Below, one piece after another: positions 41,287 through 51,697 of a stretch of 64,000 bases of DNA. The notes under the pieces were generated by a model that made no database searches, had not been told where the DNA came from, and saw nothing but the letters and a program-made list of their open reading frames with translations. Origin of the DNA: a virus; the IMG/VR virus record IMGVR_UViG_3300043399_000633, positions 1 through 64,000 of that record; one strand, given 5' to 3'. Every line of letters begins with the position of its first letter. Positions within the stretch are counted from its first letter, which is position 1. The position numbers were made by a program, and so were the translations under genes.

Positions 41287-42303
41287 ATGAAATGTATCTG
41301 GATTGAAAATAGAATAAGTATCGAAACTGATGGGTACACAAGACCATGTTGTTTAGAAACCGATAATCTTGCACGTATCGACAAGATAGATAATGGAATT
41401 CTGCATAGCTTCAACCACTCAAAATTATTATCGCTAAGAGAAAATTTAAAAGATGGTTATGGACCACTAACTAAACGTTATTGCCATAGATGTGAAGATT
41501 TAGAAACAAAAGGACAACCTAGTCTAAGAACAATAAGCGGCAATGCAGAAGGTCCGAGAAAACTCAAATATATACAGTTTAAGTTAAGCAATCAATGTCA
41601 GTTGGCTTGTGTTCATTGTGCCAGTGGCCGTAGCAGCACATGGGCAAAACTTAATGGTGAATCGCCCCATGTTAAGAAGGCATTTCAAATTACCGATGCC
41701 TTCATTGATGAACTGAAAATGCTGTTACCTGATATCGAAACATTGAAATTTTCGGGTGGCGAACCTTTTCTTCAACCTGAACATTGGAAACTCTTAGAAG
41801 TATTAAAATCAGAGAATCGTAGTCATTGCAAGTTAGAGTACATAACTAACGGGATTAGTCCAATACGACCTGATCTTTGGGAAGGATGGAAATCAATAGA
41901 TTGTTCTATAAGTGCAGATGGATTTGAGGATACGTATGAATGGTTTAGACGAGGTAGTAGTTGGTCAGAGTTACTAAGTAATATTAAAATCATTGAGCAA
42001 TACAGTAATGTGTCTATAAATTTTGCAGTCACACCCTACACTGTTAGCGACTATTTACAGTCTAAAGAATTTTGGTCTGATAAGTATCACTTTAGTGAAT
42101 TCCCTGTCGTCTATCCGGCATATTGCAGTATGCTCAAATTCCCAACAGAATATATACAACAGTTAGATAGGTATACTGAAATTCCATTCACTAGTGGATG
42201 CAGTCCAACAGGTGATATAAATATTTTTCGAAATTGGGCTAACAAAATTGATACAATGTGGAATACTGTTGGAAAAGCAAAACAATTATTTTGGTGGATG
42301 TAG
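41287..42303 (+). CDS. Radical SAM protein with N-terminal SPASM/twitch-like domain
   Basis: RPCC, CQLACVHC, GGEPF; ends in TAG followed directly by TAA. Confidence 0.88.
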   Translation: MKCIWIENRISIETDGYTRPCCLETDNLARIDKIDNGILHSFNHSKLLSLRENLKDGYGPLTKRYCHRCEDLETKGQPSLRTISGNAEGPRKLKYIQFKLSNQCQLACVHCASGRSSTWAKLNGESPHVKKAFQITDAFIDELKMLLPDIETLKFSGGEPFLQPEHWKLLEVLKSENRSHCKLEYITNGISPIRPDLWEGWKSIDCSISADGFEDTYEWFRRGSSWSELLSNIKIIEQYSNVSINFAVTPYTVSDYLQSKEFWSDKYHFSEFPVVYPAYCSMLKFPTEYIQQLDRYTEIPFTSGCSPTGDINIFRNWANKIDTMWNTVGKAKQLFWWM

Positions 42304-42310
42304 TAAAAAC

Positions 42311-43513
42311 ATGAATGAAACCTTTTGCATATTGCCCTGGTTACATCTCTATGTACACACCGATGGTAATGTTTTTCCTTGCTGTACTAGTTGGGCAGGA
42401 AAAGATTCAGCAGTATTGGGTAGTATAAAATCAGAATCATTAGAACACATATTCAATACAGATAAAATAAAGCAGTTAAGGTTAGATATGTTATCTAACA
42501 AACACCGCAATGATGTATGCTTTAAGTGCTATACTCAAGAAAAACATGGTTATAATAGTCCTAGAATCGCACATAATCAACGTTTTCAGCATCTAACGAA
42601 AAATTTAATTAGTAGTACAGCAACTAATGGAGAAGTTTCTCCTAACATAAAATCTATTGATATTAGACTTACCAATACATGCAACTTAAAATGCAGAAAG
42701 TGTAATCCACAATTGAGTTCAGCTATCGAGGCTGAGCAAAAAAATAAAACCATATTAATACAAGATGAAACATCTATCGAGATTTTAGAAGAACAATATC
42801 CTAACATAGAACACATATACTTTGCCGGCGGGGAACCTAGTCTAATGAAATATCAGTATGATATTTTAGTAAAATTAATAGATTTGGGCAGAGCCCACGA
42901 AGTATCTCTTGATTATAATATCAATGGAACAAACTTAAAATACAAATCTCTTGACCTATTGTCACTTTGGTCTAAATTTAAAAGAGTTAATGTACTAGTA
43001 AGTATTGATGGGATAGACGAACATGCAGAATACATTAGACATGGGTTCAAGTGGCAATTGATATTAAAAAATATTCATAAGTTAATGGAATATCAAAAAA
43101 CATCTAACAATTTTCATTTGGGATATTTTTGTACAGTTGATATACTAAATGTACACCATATCATTGATCTAACAGAGTACTTCAAAAATACTGGATTAAT
43201 TACAGATGACATCAATATGTCATACCATATTTTGATGTTGCCTAGATATTACAACATAGATATATTACCGGCAAAAATTAAACTAGATTTGGTTACCAAA
43301 ATAAATACCTATGTTGATACTAACAAAACAACTAACAATTTAAGTTTTTTTGAAACACTAAAATTGCAGCTCATGAAAAATCATGACAAAGATTTTAGTA
43401 ATGAACTTAAAGAGTTCAAAAAAGTCACTATGAATTTAGACAGGATAAGAGGTGAGAATTTTTGCAATACGTTCCCGTATTATAAAGAGATGTGGGATAA
43501 TATTACCATTTAA
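42311..43513 (+). CDS. Radical SAM protein with N-terminal twitch domain
   Basis: FCILPW, PCC, CNLKCRKC, GGEP, SIDG. Confidence 0.9.
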   Translation: MNETFCILPWLHLYVHTDGNVFPCCTSWAGKDSAVLGSIKSESLEHIFNTDKIKQLRLDMLSNKHRNDVCFKCYTQEKHGYNSPRIAHNQRFQHLTKNLISSTATNGEVSPNIKSIDIRLTNTCNLKCRKCNPQLSSAIEAEQKNKTILIQDETSIEILEEQYPNIEHIYFAGGEPSLMKYQYDILVKLIDLGRAHEVSLDYNINGTNLKYKSLDLLSLWSKFKRVNVLVSIDGIDEHAEYIRHGFKWQLILKNIHKLMEYQKTSNNFHLGYFCTVDILNVHHIIDLTEYFKNTGLITDDINMSYHILMLPRYYNIDILPAKIKLDLVTKINTYVDTNKTTNNLSFFETLKLQLMKNHDKDFSNELKEFKKVTMNLDRIRGENFCNTFPYYKEMWDNITI

Positions 43514-43525
43514 TGTATATACCAA

Positions 43526-44092
43526 ATGAAATTTGCTTATTTAAACCTTCCTAAGTTACCAGAAGAATATGTTCAGTTGTGTCTAGACAAAGTACCATTG
43601 GCCTGGTCTGATCCAAAATTGATAGAACTAAACAAAAAAGAAGGTATAAGTCATAGCATATCATATCTACCCAGTGAAGTAATAGTTTGGTTGATGCGCA
43701 ACATTGTTCCTCTTATTGATCCCGTAAATGAACATCCTGAACTAAGATCAAAAATGATGTTACATATCAATGAATACATAGAGCATGAAGAAGGCAACGG
43801 TGTGCACCCTATGCATTTGGATTATGGTAGAAAATACGCATTTAACTATGTACTAACTCCAGGCGCAGATATATTACCTACTACGACATGGTACGAAAAC
43901 GATAAGAAAACGATTATAGAACAACATCAAATTGAAGCAAAACGTTGGCATATTATCGCAGTTAATCCAGTATGGCATGGGGTAAAGGGGCAAGAAAAAG
44001 ACAAATTGAGAACAATAGTTAGTTTATGTTATGATCCTATAGATTTAAATACGTTCGACATACGACAACATTTTGGACATTTAATTCAATGA
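43526..44092 (+). CDS. 2OG-Fe(II)/cupin oxygenase-like protein
   Basis: MHLD...AFNYV...WHGV...R. Confidence 0.7.
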   Translation: MKFAYLNLPKLPEEYVQLCLDKVPLAWSDPKLIELNKKEGISHSISYLPSEVIVWLMRNIVPLIDPVNEHPELRSKMMLHINEYIEHEEGNGVHPMHLDYGRKYAFNYVLTPGADILPTTTWYENDKKTIIEQHQIEAKRWHIIAVNPVWHGVKGQEKDKLRTIVSLCYDPIDLNTFDIRQHFGHLIQ

Positions 44093-44604
44093 GATACTAC
44101 AAATTGAATACAGTTTCAACTGTAAGTAATCTGTTACTAGAGTACACTATCCATTCTAAAGAATGGGAAAACAAAAACAGTTTTGATCTTATCACAGTGC
44201 CCTACGAGTTGATTAAAACTGATATTACTCTAGACTACTTTTATCGTATATTAAAGGCATATCCAGTAATACTTAGGATGGAGCCATATAGTTTCTATAG
44301 GTTTCATATTGACGAAAAGCGTAAATGTGCAATAAACATGTTACTAGATGGATTTGACAGTCACTGTTATTTTGCCGATCCCACAGACTCTGAAGATGTG
44401 TTCAACAATGTTGAAGAATTAGTATATGAGCCTAATACGTATTACTTATTGAACACTACAAAGAAACATGCAGTGATGAATCGTAGTAAAACGAGATACA
44501 TGTTTAGTATGGGTACTACTGCCCTCGATCATTCAATAGTTATGAATTTTTATGAAAAACTTCACTCTGCTTTAATTGACACCCAATCGAAATCCCAATC
44601 GTAA
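44089..44604 (+). CDS. 2OG-Fe(II)/cupin oxygenase-like protein
   Basis: FHID...AINML...HAVMN...R. Confidence 0.7.
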   Translation: MRYYKLNTVSTVSNLLLEYTIHSKEWENKNSFDLITVPYELIKTDITLDYFYRILKAYPVILRMEPYSFYRFHIDEKRKCAINMLLDGFDSHCYFADPTDSEDVFNNVEELVYEPNTYYLLNTTKKHAVMNRSKTRYMFSMGTTALDHSIVMNFYEKLHSALIDTQSKSQS

Positions 44605-45164
44605 AATTTTTCATAGATTCCCCATTGTTTCGTATGCTGTATAATTATAGGGAAATCAATTTCTAACAAACCGTTATAAAACAAATGATGCGGTTGTCTG
44701 GTAGAAATGCGATCATACATTTCACCCAATCTTCTACGTTTAAATACTTGAATTAGATTTTTGTTGTAGTCATTGAATGACAACATCATCAATTTCATTT
44801 GATTTTGTATAGCCCAACGTTTACATGAAGGTAGTAAACTTTCTCTGAGAATGGACAAATGTCTATACTTTTCGTCAGTCCATGTTCTCACTCCTCCTAT
44901 TGCTACATAGTTATTAAACTCACTCCTATACACTCCACCGCATGCTATAATTTTTGAATCTTCGAATAAGATTTGGTATTCACCGTTGATTCCATTAAAA
45001 CGATCAGTTTTTTCTAGTATATACGGCAATGTGTGCTTTTCTTTTGGCCAGTCATCGTTCCACATATTTTGATATGATAATCTATTAGACGATATTTCCT
45101 TAAGGTACTTGAAAAAAGTTACTCTTTCGGGCTCTGACAATAAATGATACGTTTTAAATTCCAT
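44562..45164 (-). CDS. GNAT-like protein
   Basis: IIACGG, RTWTDEKYRHLSI resembles GNAT motif A. Confidence 0.55.
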   Translation of the reverse strand: MEFKTYHLLSEPERVTFFKYLKEISSNRLSYQNMWNDDWPKEKHTLPYILEKTDRFNGINGEYQILFEDSKIIACGGVYRSEFNNYVAIGGVRTWTDEKYRHLSILRESLLPSCKRWAIQNQMKLMMLSFNDYNKNLIQVFKRRRLGEMYDRISTRQPHHLFYNGLLEIDFPIIIQHTKQWGIYEKFYDWDFDWVSIKAE

Positions 45165-45685
45165 TATGAAATGTCGGTATTGAACAACTTATTCTTAGAA
45201 TGTAAATCCATTAGTTCAGTGTATGTATGTGTTTTTATCCCTATACTTAACATGATTCTATGTGAATTAGTAGTTTTATTCATTACTGAGTGAGGTTCAG
45301 ACACATTTAGAATAGTAAATTGATTTTTTACGTAGTTAACTACATGCTGGTTGAATTTTTTTTCTCGAAGATTTATTTCATATACTGACGTTATAAAGTT
45401 TTCATTTGGCTCAACCATTAACATGTTTAAAGCCACTATCCTAAAAGTATCTTTATGAGTAGGATATTGTGACTTGGGGAAATTTTTTAAGAATCCGGCA
45501 TCCGATATCGGGACGTTGATAAATTTGGTAAAAAAACTTTTCAGAAAGGGACTTACGTCGCAACGAAATACCGGTGGCACTGCAGGGCTCCAATAGTAAT
45601 TTTTTTCTACTTGCGATTCTAAGTACAGTTGATCCAATATTTTTTCAGGTTGGATTCCGGTATTGTAAAACAAATTGGAAGTCAT
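45164..45685 (-). CDS. 2OG-Fe(II)/cupin oxygenase-like protein
   Basis: THKD...ALNML...HSVMN...RIMLS. Confidence 0.7.
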   Translation of the reverse strand: MTSNLFYNTGIQPEKILDQLYLESQVEKNYYWSPAVPPVFRCDVSPFLKSFFTKFINVPISDAGFLKNFPKSQYPTHKDTFRIVALNMLMVEPNENFITSVYEINLREKKFNQHVVNYVKNQFTILNVSEPHSVMNKTTNSHRIMLSIGIKTHTYTELMDLHSKNKLFNTDIS

Positions 45686-45689
45686 CTTT

Positions 45690-45701
45690 TATTTATAAAT
45701 A
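45690..45701. promoter_or_regulatory. Palindromic back-to-back T4-type late promoter
   Basis: TATTTATAAATA contains TATAAATA on both strands, between divergent genes. Confidence 0.7.
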
Positions 45702-45705
45702 CATA

Positions 45706-46257
45706 ATGATTTACTATCAAAAATTAGATATTGAAAATTTTGAAGTAATAATAGATGAAATTTTGAGATTTGCTGCTCCTAAGATTCCTCTGACTCAGAG
45801 GTATTTGGATGCAAATCCATTAGATATTTATAGATACACACCAAAATTATTTTGTTTTCTTCGTGAAAATTTTCACAAATTTCCTATACTATTTAGGTTC
45901 TATAATAGCCCTCCGTATTACCAAATGCCACCTCATATTGACAATCATCCGGAAGCTGAGAATAAAATTGGGTTTAACATTCCATTGCTAGGTACAAAAG
46001 ACACCACGATGAATTACTATTCAACCCCGGATGACAATTTAAGACTCACGTATACAGGATTTGCTAACATGCCAGCGCAAACGTTGAAAGACTATAGTAA
46101 ACTAACCCTTTTAGCTAGCTTTGAACTTGATAAACCTACATTAGTCAGAACAGATATAATTCATGACATCGTTAATCAAAAAGATTCAAACAGACTGATT
46201 TTGGGTATGAAATGTTTAGGCACTACCTTCGAAGAAGTATATAAATTTAAATCATGA
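45706..46257 (+). CDS. 2OG-Fe(II)/cupin oxygenase-like protein
   Basis: PHID...GFNIP...HDIVN...R; start moved to ATG 45706. Confidence 0.7.
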   Translation: MIYYQKLDIENFEVIIDEILRFAAPKIPLTQRYLDANPLDIYRYTPKLFCFLRENFHKFPILFRFYNSPPYYQMPPHIDNHPEAENKIGFNIPLLGTKDTTMNYYSTPDDNLRLTYTGFANMPAQTLKDYSKLTLLASFELDKPTLVRTDIIHDIVNQKDSNRLILGMKCLGTTFEEVYKFKS

Positions 46258-47018
46258 ATAACTATTTTTCAGCCACTCCAAAGTCTTTATTTATCCTACA
46301 ACTAGTTTCGATGATGATACTAGTATTAGGAACTCCCCATGTAGATTTAAATTGGGTATACGTTATTTTATCTGTCATATTTTTTTATTTATACAGTATC
46401 ATAGGCGTAAGTATGATGTTACACCGATATTATAGTCACAAAAGTTTTAATCTCAATTTTTATCTTAAATGGGTATTGACTATTTTTGCATTACTGGCGA
46501 GCCGTGGAAGTCCATTGGGTTGGGTATATATACATAGAATTCACCACGCTACTAGTGATACTGAAAAAGATCCACATAGCCCACATTGTGACAATTTCAG
46601 GTTTATAGGGTTCAGCCCAAATTATGACGATACCAAAAAAATAAACTATTTTATCGTCAAAGACCTATTAACACCTGCGCACATAAACATTGACAAATAT
46701 TACATGTTAATCATAATTGGATTCTTGCTAATGTTGGGTTTGATAAACTACAATCTAGTAGTTTACATATGGGCATTGCCTGTGCTTATGGTTAGCATAA
46801 GTCAAACAGCATTTAATTATTTTGCACACATGCACGGTTATAGAAATTTTGAGACCAGAGATCGTAGTACAAACAATGTTTACTTGTGGCCATTTATACT
46901 AGGTGATGCCTGGCATAATAATCATCATGCTCATGCAGAAAAATTGTCTACTAAAGTAAAACCATATGAACTAGATCCATTGGCTAGTATAATTACTTGG
47001 TTCAAGCTTGATAAATAA
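46254..47018 (+). CDS. Membrane fatty-acid desaturase (delta-9-like)
   Basis: His boxes HRYYSH, HRIHH, HNNHH; DPHSP. Confidence 0.92.
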   Translation: MNNYFSATPKSLFILQLVSMMILVLGTPHVDLNWVYVILSVIFFYLYSIIGVSMMLHRYYSHKSFNLNFYLKWVLTIFALLASRGSPLGWVYIHRIHHATSDTEKDPHSPHCDNFRFIGFSPNYDDTKKINYFIVKDLLTPAHINIDKYYMLIIIGFLLMLGLINYNLVVYIWALPVLMVSISQTAFNYFAHMHGYRNFETRDRSTNNVYLWPFILGDAWHNNHHAHAEKLSTKVKPYELDPLASIITWFKLDK

Positions 47019-47022
47019 CATC

Positions 47023-47796
47023 ATGATAAAATATATGGCCAGCAGCACAAAAGGTGCACAACTGTTTCAAATTACTGCATTAGTGGGTACCCTTATAGCG
47101 ATTGCATTATATGGGCTATCGATTCAGTCTATATTGCTAATACTATTGGGTTACTTCCTATACGGTTGTCTGGGAATAGTAATAACATTTCATCGATACT
47201 TAACTCACAGAAGTTATGAAACTCATCCATGGCTAATAAAGATTTTTAGCCTATTGGGTTGTTTTTCGGTTACCGGTAGTCCATTAGCTTGGGTAGCGAT
47301 ACATATCAATCATCATTTAAAGAGTGACAAACCCGATGATCCGCATAGCCCATTATACAAGGGTTGGAAAATTTTCACACTTGATTATGTCACACAAGTA
47401 GATAAAGATACTAAATGGCGAATGCGTGGACTAGTAACTGACAAGTATCAACAGTTTTTGCACCGTTATTACTTTCTACTAAACCTGTTGTATAGTTTAA
47501 TGTTGTTTTTGATAGGTGGATTTTATCTTATGGTTTTCCTACACTGGGCTCCTGCTATAGTTACTGCGTTAATGAGCAACGTTGTAAACTATGTAGGGCA
47601 TAAACCAAATTGGATCGGTGGATTCAGAACTTACAATTTACAAGATCAAAGCTCCAACAACTGGATATGGGCGATTCCTAGTTGGGGCGAGTCATGGCAC
47701 AACAATCATCATAGATATCCTAAACGTTCATTTTTTGGAGAAAAATGGTATCAATTAGATATATCTGGTCTAATAATCAAACTTATTAAACAGTAA
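47023..47796 (+). CDS. Membrane fatty-acid desaturase (delta-9-like)
   Basis: His boxes HRYLTH, HINHH, HNNHH; DPHSP. Confidence 0.92.
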   Translation: MIKYMASSTKGAQLFQITALVGTLIAIALYGLSIQSILLILLGYFLYGCLGIVITFHRYLTHRSYETHPWLIKIFSLLGCFSVTGSPLAWVAIHINHHLKSDKPDDPHSPLYKGWKIFTLDYVTQVDKDTKWRMRGLVTDKYQQFLHRYYFLLNLLYSLMLFLIGGFYLMVFLHWAPAIVTALMSNVVNYVGHKPNWIGGFRTYNLQDQSSNNWIWAIPSWGESWHNNHHRYPKRSFFGEKWYQLDISGLIIKLIKQ

Positions 47797-47820
47797 TACT
47801 GTAAAACAAAACTCAATTCT

Positions 47821-48636
47821 ATGTTTTTAGCTCATAAAAATTCCATTGGACAAAATTCTTATCATGTGTTGAATCAATATGATAAGAAAAAAGTCCTTGT
47901 CAAATCAGAAAACTTTTCTCTAGTATCAAACATATGTCCACACCAACAAAGTTTACTATCTGTAAAAAATGGAACAGGTAATCGAGTGTGTCCTTACCAT
48001 AATTGGTCATTCACTATAGGTGGAAGTCCTATTACTAGCGGAAGAACTGGGTACTATTGTCAAAACAATACTGCATTAAAAACAGAACAAGTTTATGAAT
48101 GGAATAGTTTATTGTTTTCCACCGACGTCGATTTTAAATGTGACCACGATTTTAGTAAATTGATATTGATGGAACATAGGATCGACAGTGTAAAAGCAGA
48201 TTATAGAAACATTATGGACTTGTTTCTAGATGTAGATCATATTCCTACTGTACACGCAGGTGTTTATGATATGATAGGTATAACTGATACTAACGTGAAT
48301 TGGCAATTCTATCATAACGGTAGTATTCAAACTGTAGCCCAAGGCGCGTCTTGGATTGCATTGTATCCAAATACTATGATTGAATGGCAAAAGGGTTCAC
48401 TTTTTGTTACCGTTGCATTACCGATTGACAATAATTTGTCAAAAGTTTGTGTCTATAAATATATGGATTACACCTATTCCACATTGTGGAATATAAACGA
48501 AAAAGTCTGGGAAACTGCTTGGGCTCAAGACAAAGCACAAGCCGAATTGATAACTAAGTTTTCAGAAAACTTAAGCAACTTAGAGCCCCAAAAAATACAC
48601 TACAGAGATTTTTTACGATCACATGGAACTAATTAA
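47821..48636 (+). CDS. Rieske oxygenase, ring-hydroxylating alpha-subunit-like
   Basis: CPH...CPYH Rieske ligands; DVDHIPTVH mononuclear Fe site. Confidence 0.85.
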   Translation: MFLAHKNSIGQNSYHVLNQYDKKKVLVKSENFSLVSNICPHQQSLLSVKNGTGNRVCPYHNWSFTIGGSPITSGRTGYYCQNNTALKTEQVYEWNSLLFSTDVDFKCDHDFSKLILMEHRIDSVKADYRNIMDLFLDVDHIPTVHAGVYDMIGITDTNVNWQFYHNGSIQTVAQGASWIALYPNTMIEWQKGSLFVTVALPIDNNLSKVCVYKYMDYTYSTLWNINEKVWETAWAQDKAQAELITKFSENLSNLEPQKIHYRDFLRSHGTN

Positions 48637-49531
48637 AGATAACTATTTATATGGTACTGGGCACGGTGATACGTGGCATGTAAATATTGATCCACCAAAA
48701 AGACAAGTAAAAACCTATTTTGAAGAAACGCTAGAAGCAGTTGAATATGTATATGCTAATAAAACTGGAAAATTTCAAGTACTTTACAGTGGTGGTATAG
48801 ATAGTCAGTATGTCTGTGAAGTTTTGCTGCATTTGGGTATAGTGTTTGATCCTGTAATTATTGAATTGAAAAACTCAAATGGTGAGGTACTTAATATGCA
48901 TGATATAAAATATGCATATGAGTTTTGCCAATCTAAAAATTTAACCCCGACAATTTATGATTTTGATTTTACTAAATTTTTGGATAGCGGAAAAAATGTT
49001 GAAATCGCTGAATCCGTGACATGTTGTTCATTTGCATTACCTGCAACTATGTATGTTGCTAGTCAATTAGACGGATTTACTTTGTTAGGAAATGATCCTC
49101 CCTACATGAGATTAGAACCAAACAATGTTTGGGTTTTAGAAGAATTAGAGTACATTCATAGTCTATTAAGATTTTATAAAAAATATAAAGTTAACGGATG
49201 TCCGTTTTTACTATCATATACCCCCGAAATGATGTTATCGTTTCTGATGGACCCCAGTATTGTTGCATTGGGTACTGGTAAGATGCCAGGCAAGAAAGGC
49301 ACAAACTCTACGAAGGCACAAGTTTTTAACAATGGCTCTAATTTTAATATACCTTCGTATGATTTTGTATCTAAAACACGTGTTAAACAAACCGGGTATG
49401 AACAAATCTATCATTCAGAATTGCGCGAACATCCTAATATGAAAATATTTGAGGAGTTCAAAACTAAATGGAACGGAGAATATCTAGAACCATATGTTGA
49501 TGTAGTGAAACGTTTATCGGTAAACCAATGA
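48623..49531 (+). CDS. PP-loop (adenine nucleotide alpha-hydrolase-like) protein
   Basis: YSGGIDS. Confidence 0.7.
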   Translation: MELIKDNYLYGTGHGDTWHVNIDPPKRQVKTYFEETLEAVEYVYANKTGKFQVLYSGGIDSQYVCEVLLHLGIVFDPVIIELKNSNGEVLNMHDIKYAYEFCQSKNLTPTIYDFDFTKFLDSGKNVEIAESVTCCSFALPATMYVASQLDGFTLLGNDPPYMRLEPNNVWVLEELEYIHSLLRFYKKYKVNGCPFLLSYTPEMMLSFLMDPSIVALGTGKMPGKKGTNSTKAQVFNNGSNFNIPSYDFVSKTRVKQTGYEQIYHSELREHPNMKIFEEFKTKWNGEYLEPYVDVVKRLSVNQ

Positions 49532-49965
49532 ATCATTTAGAAATCTTAGACACATACAAAAATTATCAATACGTGTACATGGACAATTGCGAAGAATTGT
49601 CTAAAGAATATGACAGAATGTATGGTATCATTAAAGCTAGTGGTCATGCATTGGCTTCAGACGCATGGCCACTAGATGGTGGAATCTTATTGAAAAATGA
49701 CAACGAAGTCATTGCCGGCGCATTCTTTAACTTATCTAAAAGTCGTGGATCACTATTAATACATATTATCTTTGTTGAAGAACAACATAGAAAACAAGGT
49801 ATATACATTAAAATGCATTCTTTGATAGACCAAATTGGTAAAAAATTGGATCGTTCATCTATCTATTCATATATACACGCAGATAATGAAGTTATGCAAA
49901 ACCATATCATTACAAAAGTAGGATACAAAACAGTTATGCAATTGGTAAAAAGAGAAATCAAATGA
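49528..49965 (+). CDS. GNAT family acetyltransferase
   Basis: IFVEEQHRKQGI motif A; HADN. Confidence 0.75.
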   Translation: MNHLEILDTYKNYQYVYMDNCEELSKEYDRMYGIIKASGHALASDAWPLDGGILLKNDNEVIAGAFFNLSKSRGSLLIHIIFVEEQHRKQGIYIKMHSLIDQIGKKLDRSSIYSYIHADNEVMQNHIITKVGYKTVMQLVKREIK

Positions 49966-50474
49966 CTGATGAACTATTTTATAAAATAGAGCAAGATGTA
50001 ATTTTCTTAGACAAAGTGCGAGAATTTGCATCTACTGCTGAGTGGAAATGGGTACCATTCATGCATATCTCTCCCAACTTTCAAAAAACTTTGGGATTAG
50101 AATTGACCAAGCAAGATTCTTTATTAAGCAAATTGCAAAACAAATTTAACAGTACATTGCGTTTATATATGTTTCCTAGCATGACAGTATATAATTGGCA
50201 CAGAGATGCTGAAATGGGATGCTCATTAAATCTAGTTATGGAAGACTATGACTCACATACCTTGTTTAACCCAAGCGACAACAAAGAAATTATAGATAAT
50301 GTGATTGAATTAAAATATGAAAAAAACAAATGGCATTTATTCAACTCGCAGATTTTACATACTGTTTTGAATTTGGGATCTAATAATAGAATATTATTGA
50401 CTGTTACGTTCCCCAAACAAGTTAAATATCAAGAAGTACTTGAATATCTTAAAATAGAAGGATTAGTACCATGA
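49962..50474 (+). CDS. 2OG-Fe(II)/cupin oxygenase-like protein
   Basis: WHRD...SLNLV...HTVLN...R. Confidence 0.7.
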   Translation: MTDELFYKIEQDVIFLDKVREFASTAEWKWVPFMHISPNFQKTLGLELTKQDSLLSKLQNKFNSTLRLYMFPSMTVYNWHRDAEMGCSLNLVMEDYDSHTLFNPSDNKEIIDNVIELKYEKNKWHLFNSQILHTVLNLGSNNRILLTVTFPKQVKYQEVLEYLKIEGLVP

Positions 50475-51697
50475 ATACTAAATTAGGTTATTACAAAGTA
50501 GGTCACCATGTATTCTACAACAAGCTACAAGCTATATTGTACGCCAATCCTAGTAAAGCAGACATCACCTGGCATTTTAACAATGAAATATTCGACAGTT
50601 ATGATTGGACTAATGAACCTCCTATGTCTTTAGACATTATTTACGCAGAACGTGCTAAACAGATAAGAGAACAGTTTGACTACCTTATAATTATGGCTAG
50701 CGGCGGCGCGGATAGTACTAATGTCATCTACAGTTTTTTAAACAATAATATTATTGTTGATGAAATTATTGCAGCCGCGCCAATGAGCGGTTTAAAAAAT
50801 TGGCATATTGATCTATCCGACAAGTCTGCAAATAATACTGTTACAGAAACACTAGTAACGCAGCTTCCTTTAATGGATAAAATATCCAAAACACATCCCG
50901 GCATAAAATTAACACTGCATGATTATTTTGATGACATTCTTAAGATGAAAACTGATGAATGGATTTATGAATCATCTGCACATTGGATTCATTTTTCAGG
51001 ATCAACACGACATTCACTAGATAAGTTTTCACATATTAAAGATATGGCTGAGGCAGGTAAAAGGATAGGTGTTATATATGGAATAGACAAGCCCATTATA
51101 TGCAGAGCAGAATCAGGTAACTTGTATACGGTAGTAATGGATCCGGTTGTCAACGTAGTGACACCGCATTTTAAAGATAGATACCCCAATGTCGAATCTG
51201 TGTTGTTTTATTATTCTCCCGACATGCCAGAACTGATGATCAAACAGGCTCATGAAGTATGCAGGTGGATATATCGACCTGAAAACTCCTACGCCAAATC
51301 TGTGTTATGGGATAAATCAAAATCATTCGAATTCAATACTAATATCGAGAGAGGAAGTAACTGGCAACGTGCTATAATTCCTTGTATTTACCCTTCTATC
51401 AGAAGTCAACACGGTGTTTGGCAAGCAGCAAAACAGGGATTAGGATTTAGAGGTGGGTTTCAATTAGATCAATGGATATTAAAATTATATGGACAGGAAA
51501 AATTTGTACAAATGGTTGAAAGCGACTTGAAACTGTTTATTAAAAAAATAGATATGAAATATATAATTAGCGACAACAAAGCGGACGGATTTATTCGCTT
51601 TTACCACTATTGGAAAATTGGTCATGAGCGTGAATTTTATCCCACATCGATAGACGATATAAATATCAACTATGCTAACTTTAAGGAAAAGATATGA
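50471..51697 (+). CDS. PP-loop ATPase-like protein
   Basis: RAKQIREQFDYL..ASGGADS, GIDKP, FYYSPDMP. Confidence 0.72.
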   Translation: MNTKLGYYKVGHHVFYNKLQAILYANPSKADITWHFNNEIFDSYDWTNEPPMSLDIIYAERAKQIREQFDYLIIMASGGADSTNVIYSFLNNNIIVDEIIAAAPMSGLKNWHIDLSDKSANNTVTETLVTQLPLMDKISKTHPGIKLTLHDYFDDILKMKTDEWIYESSAHWIHFSGSTRHSLDKFSHIKDMAEAGKRIGVIYGIDKPIICRAESGNLYTVVMDPVVNVVTPHFKDRYPNVESVLFYYSPDMPELMIKQAHEVCRWIYRPENSYAKSVLWDKSKSFEFNTNIERGSNWQRAIIPCIYPSIRSQHGVWQAAKQGLGFRGGFQLDQWILKLYGQEKFVQMVESDLKLFIKKIDMKYIISDNKADGFIRFYHYWKIGHEREFYPTSIDDININYANFKEKI

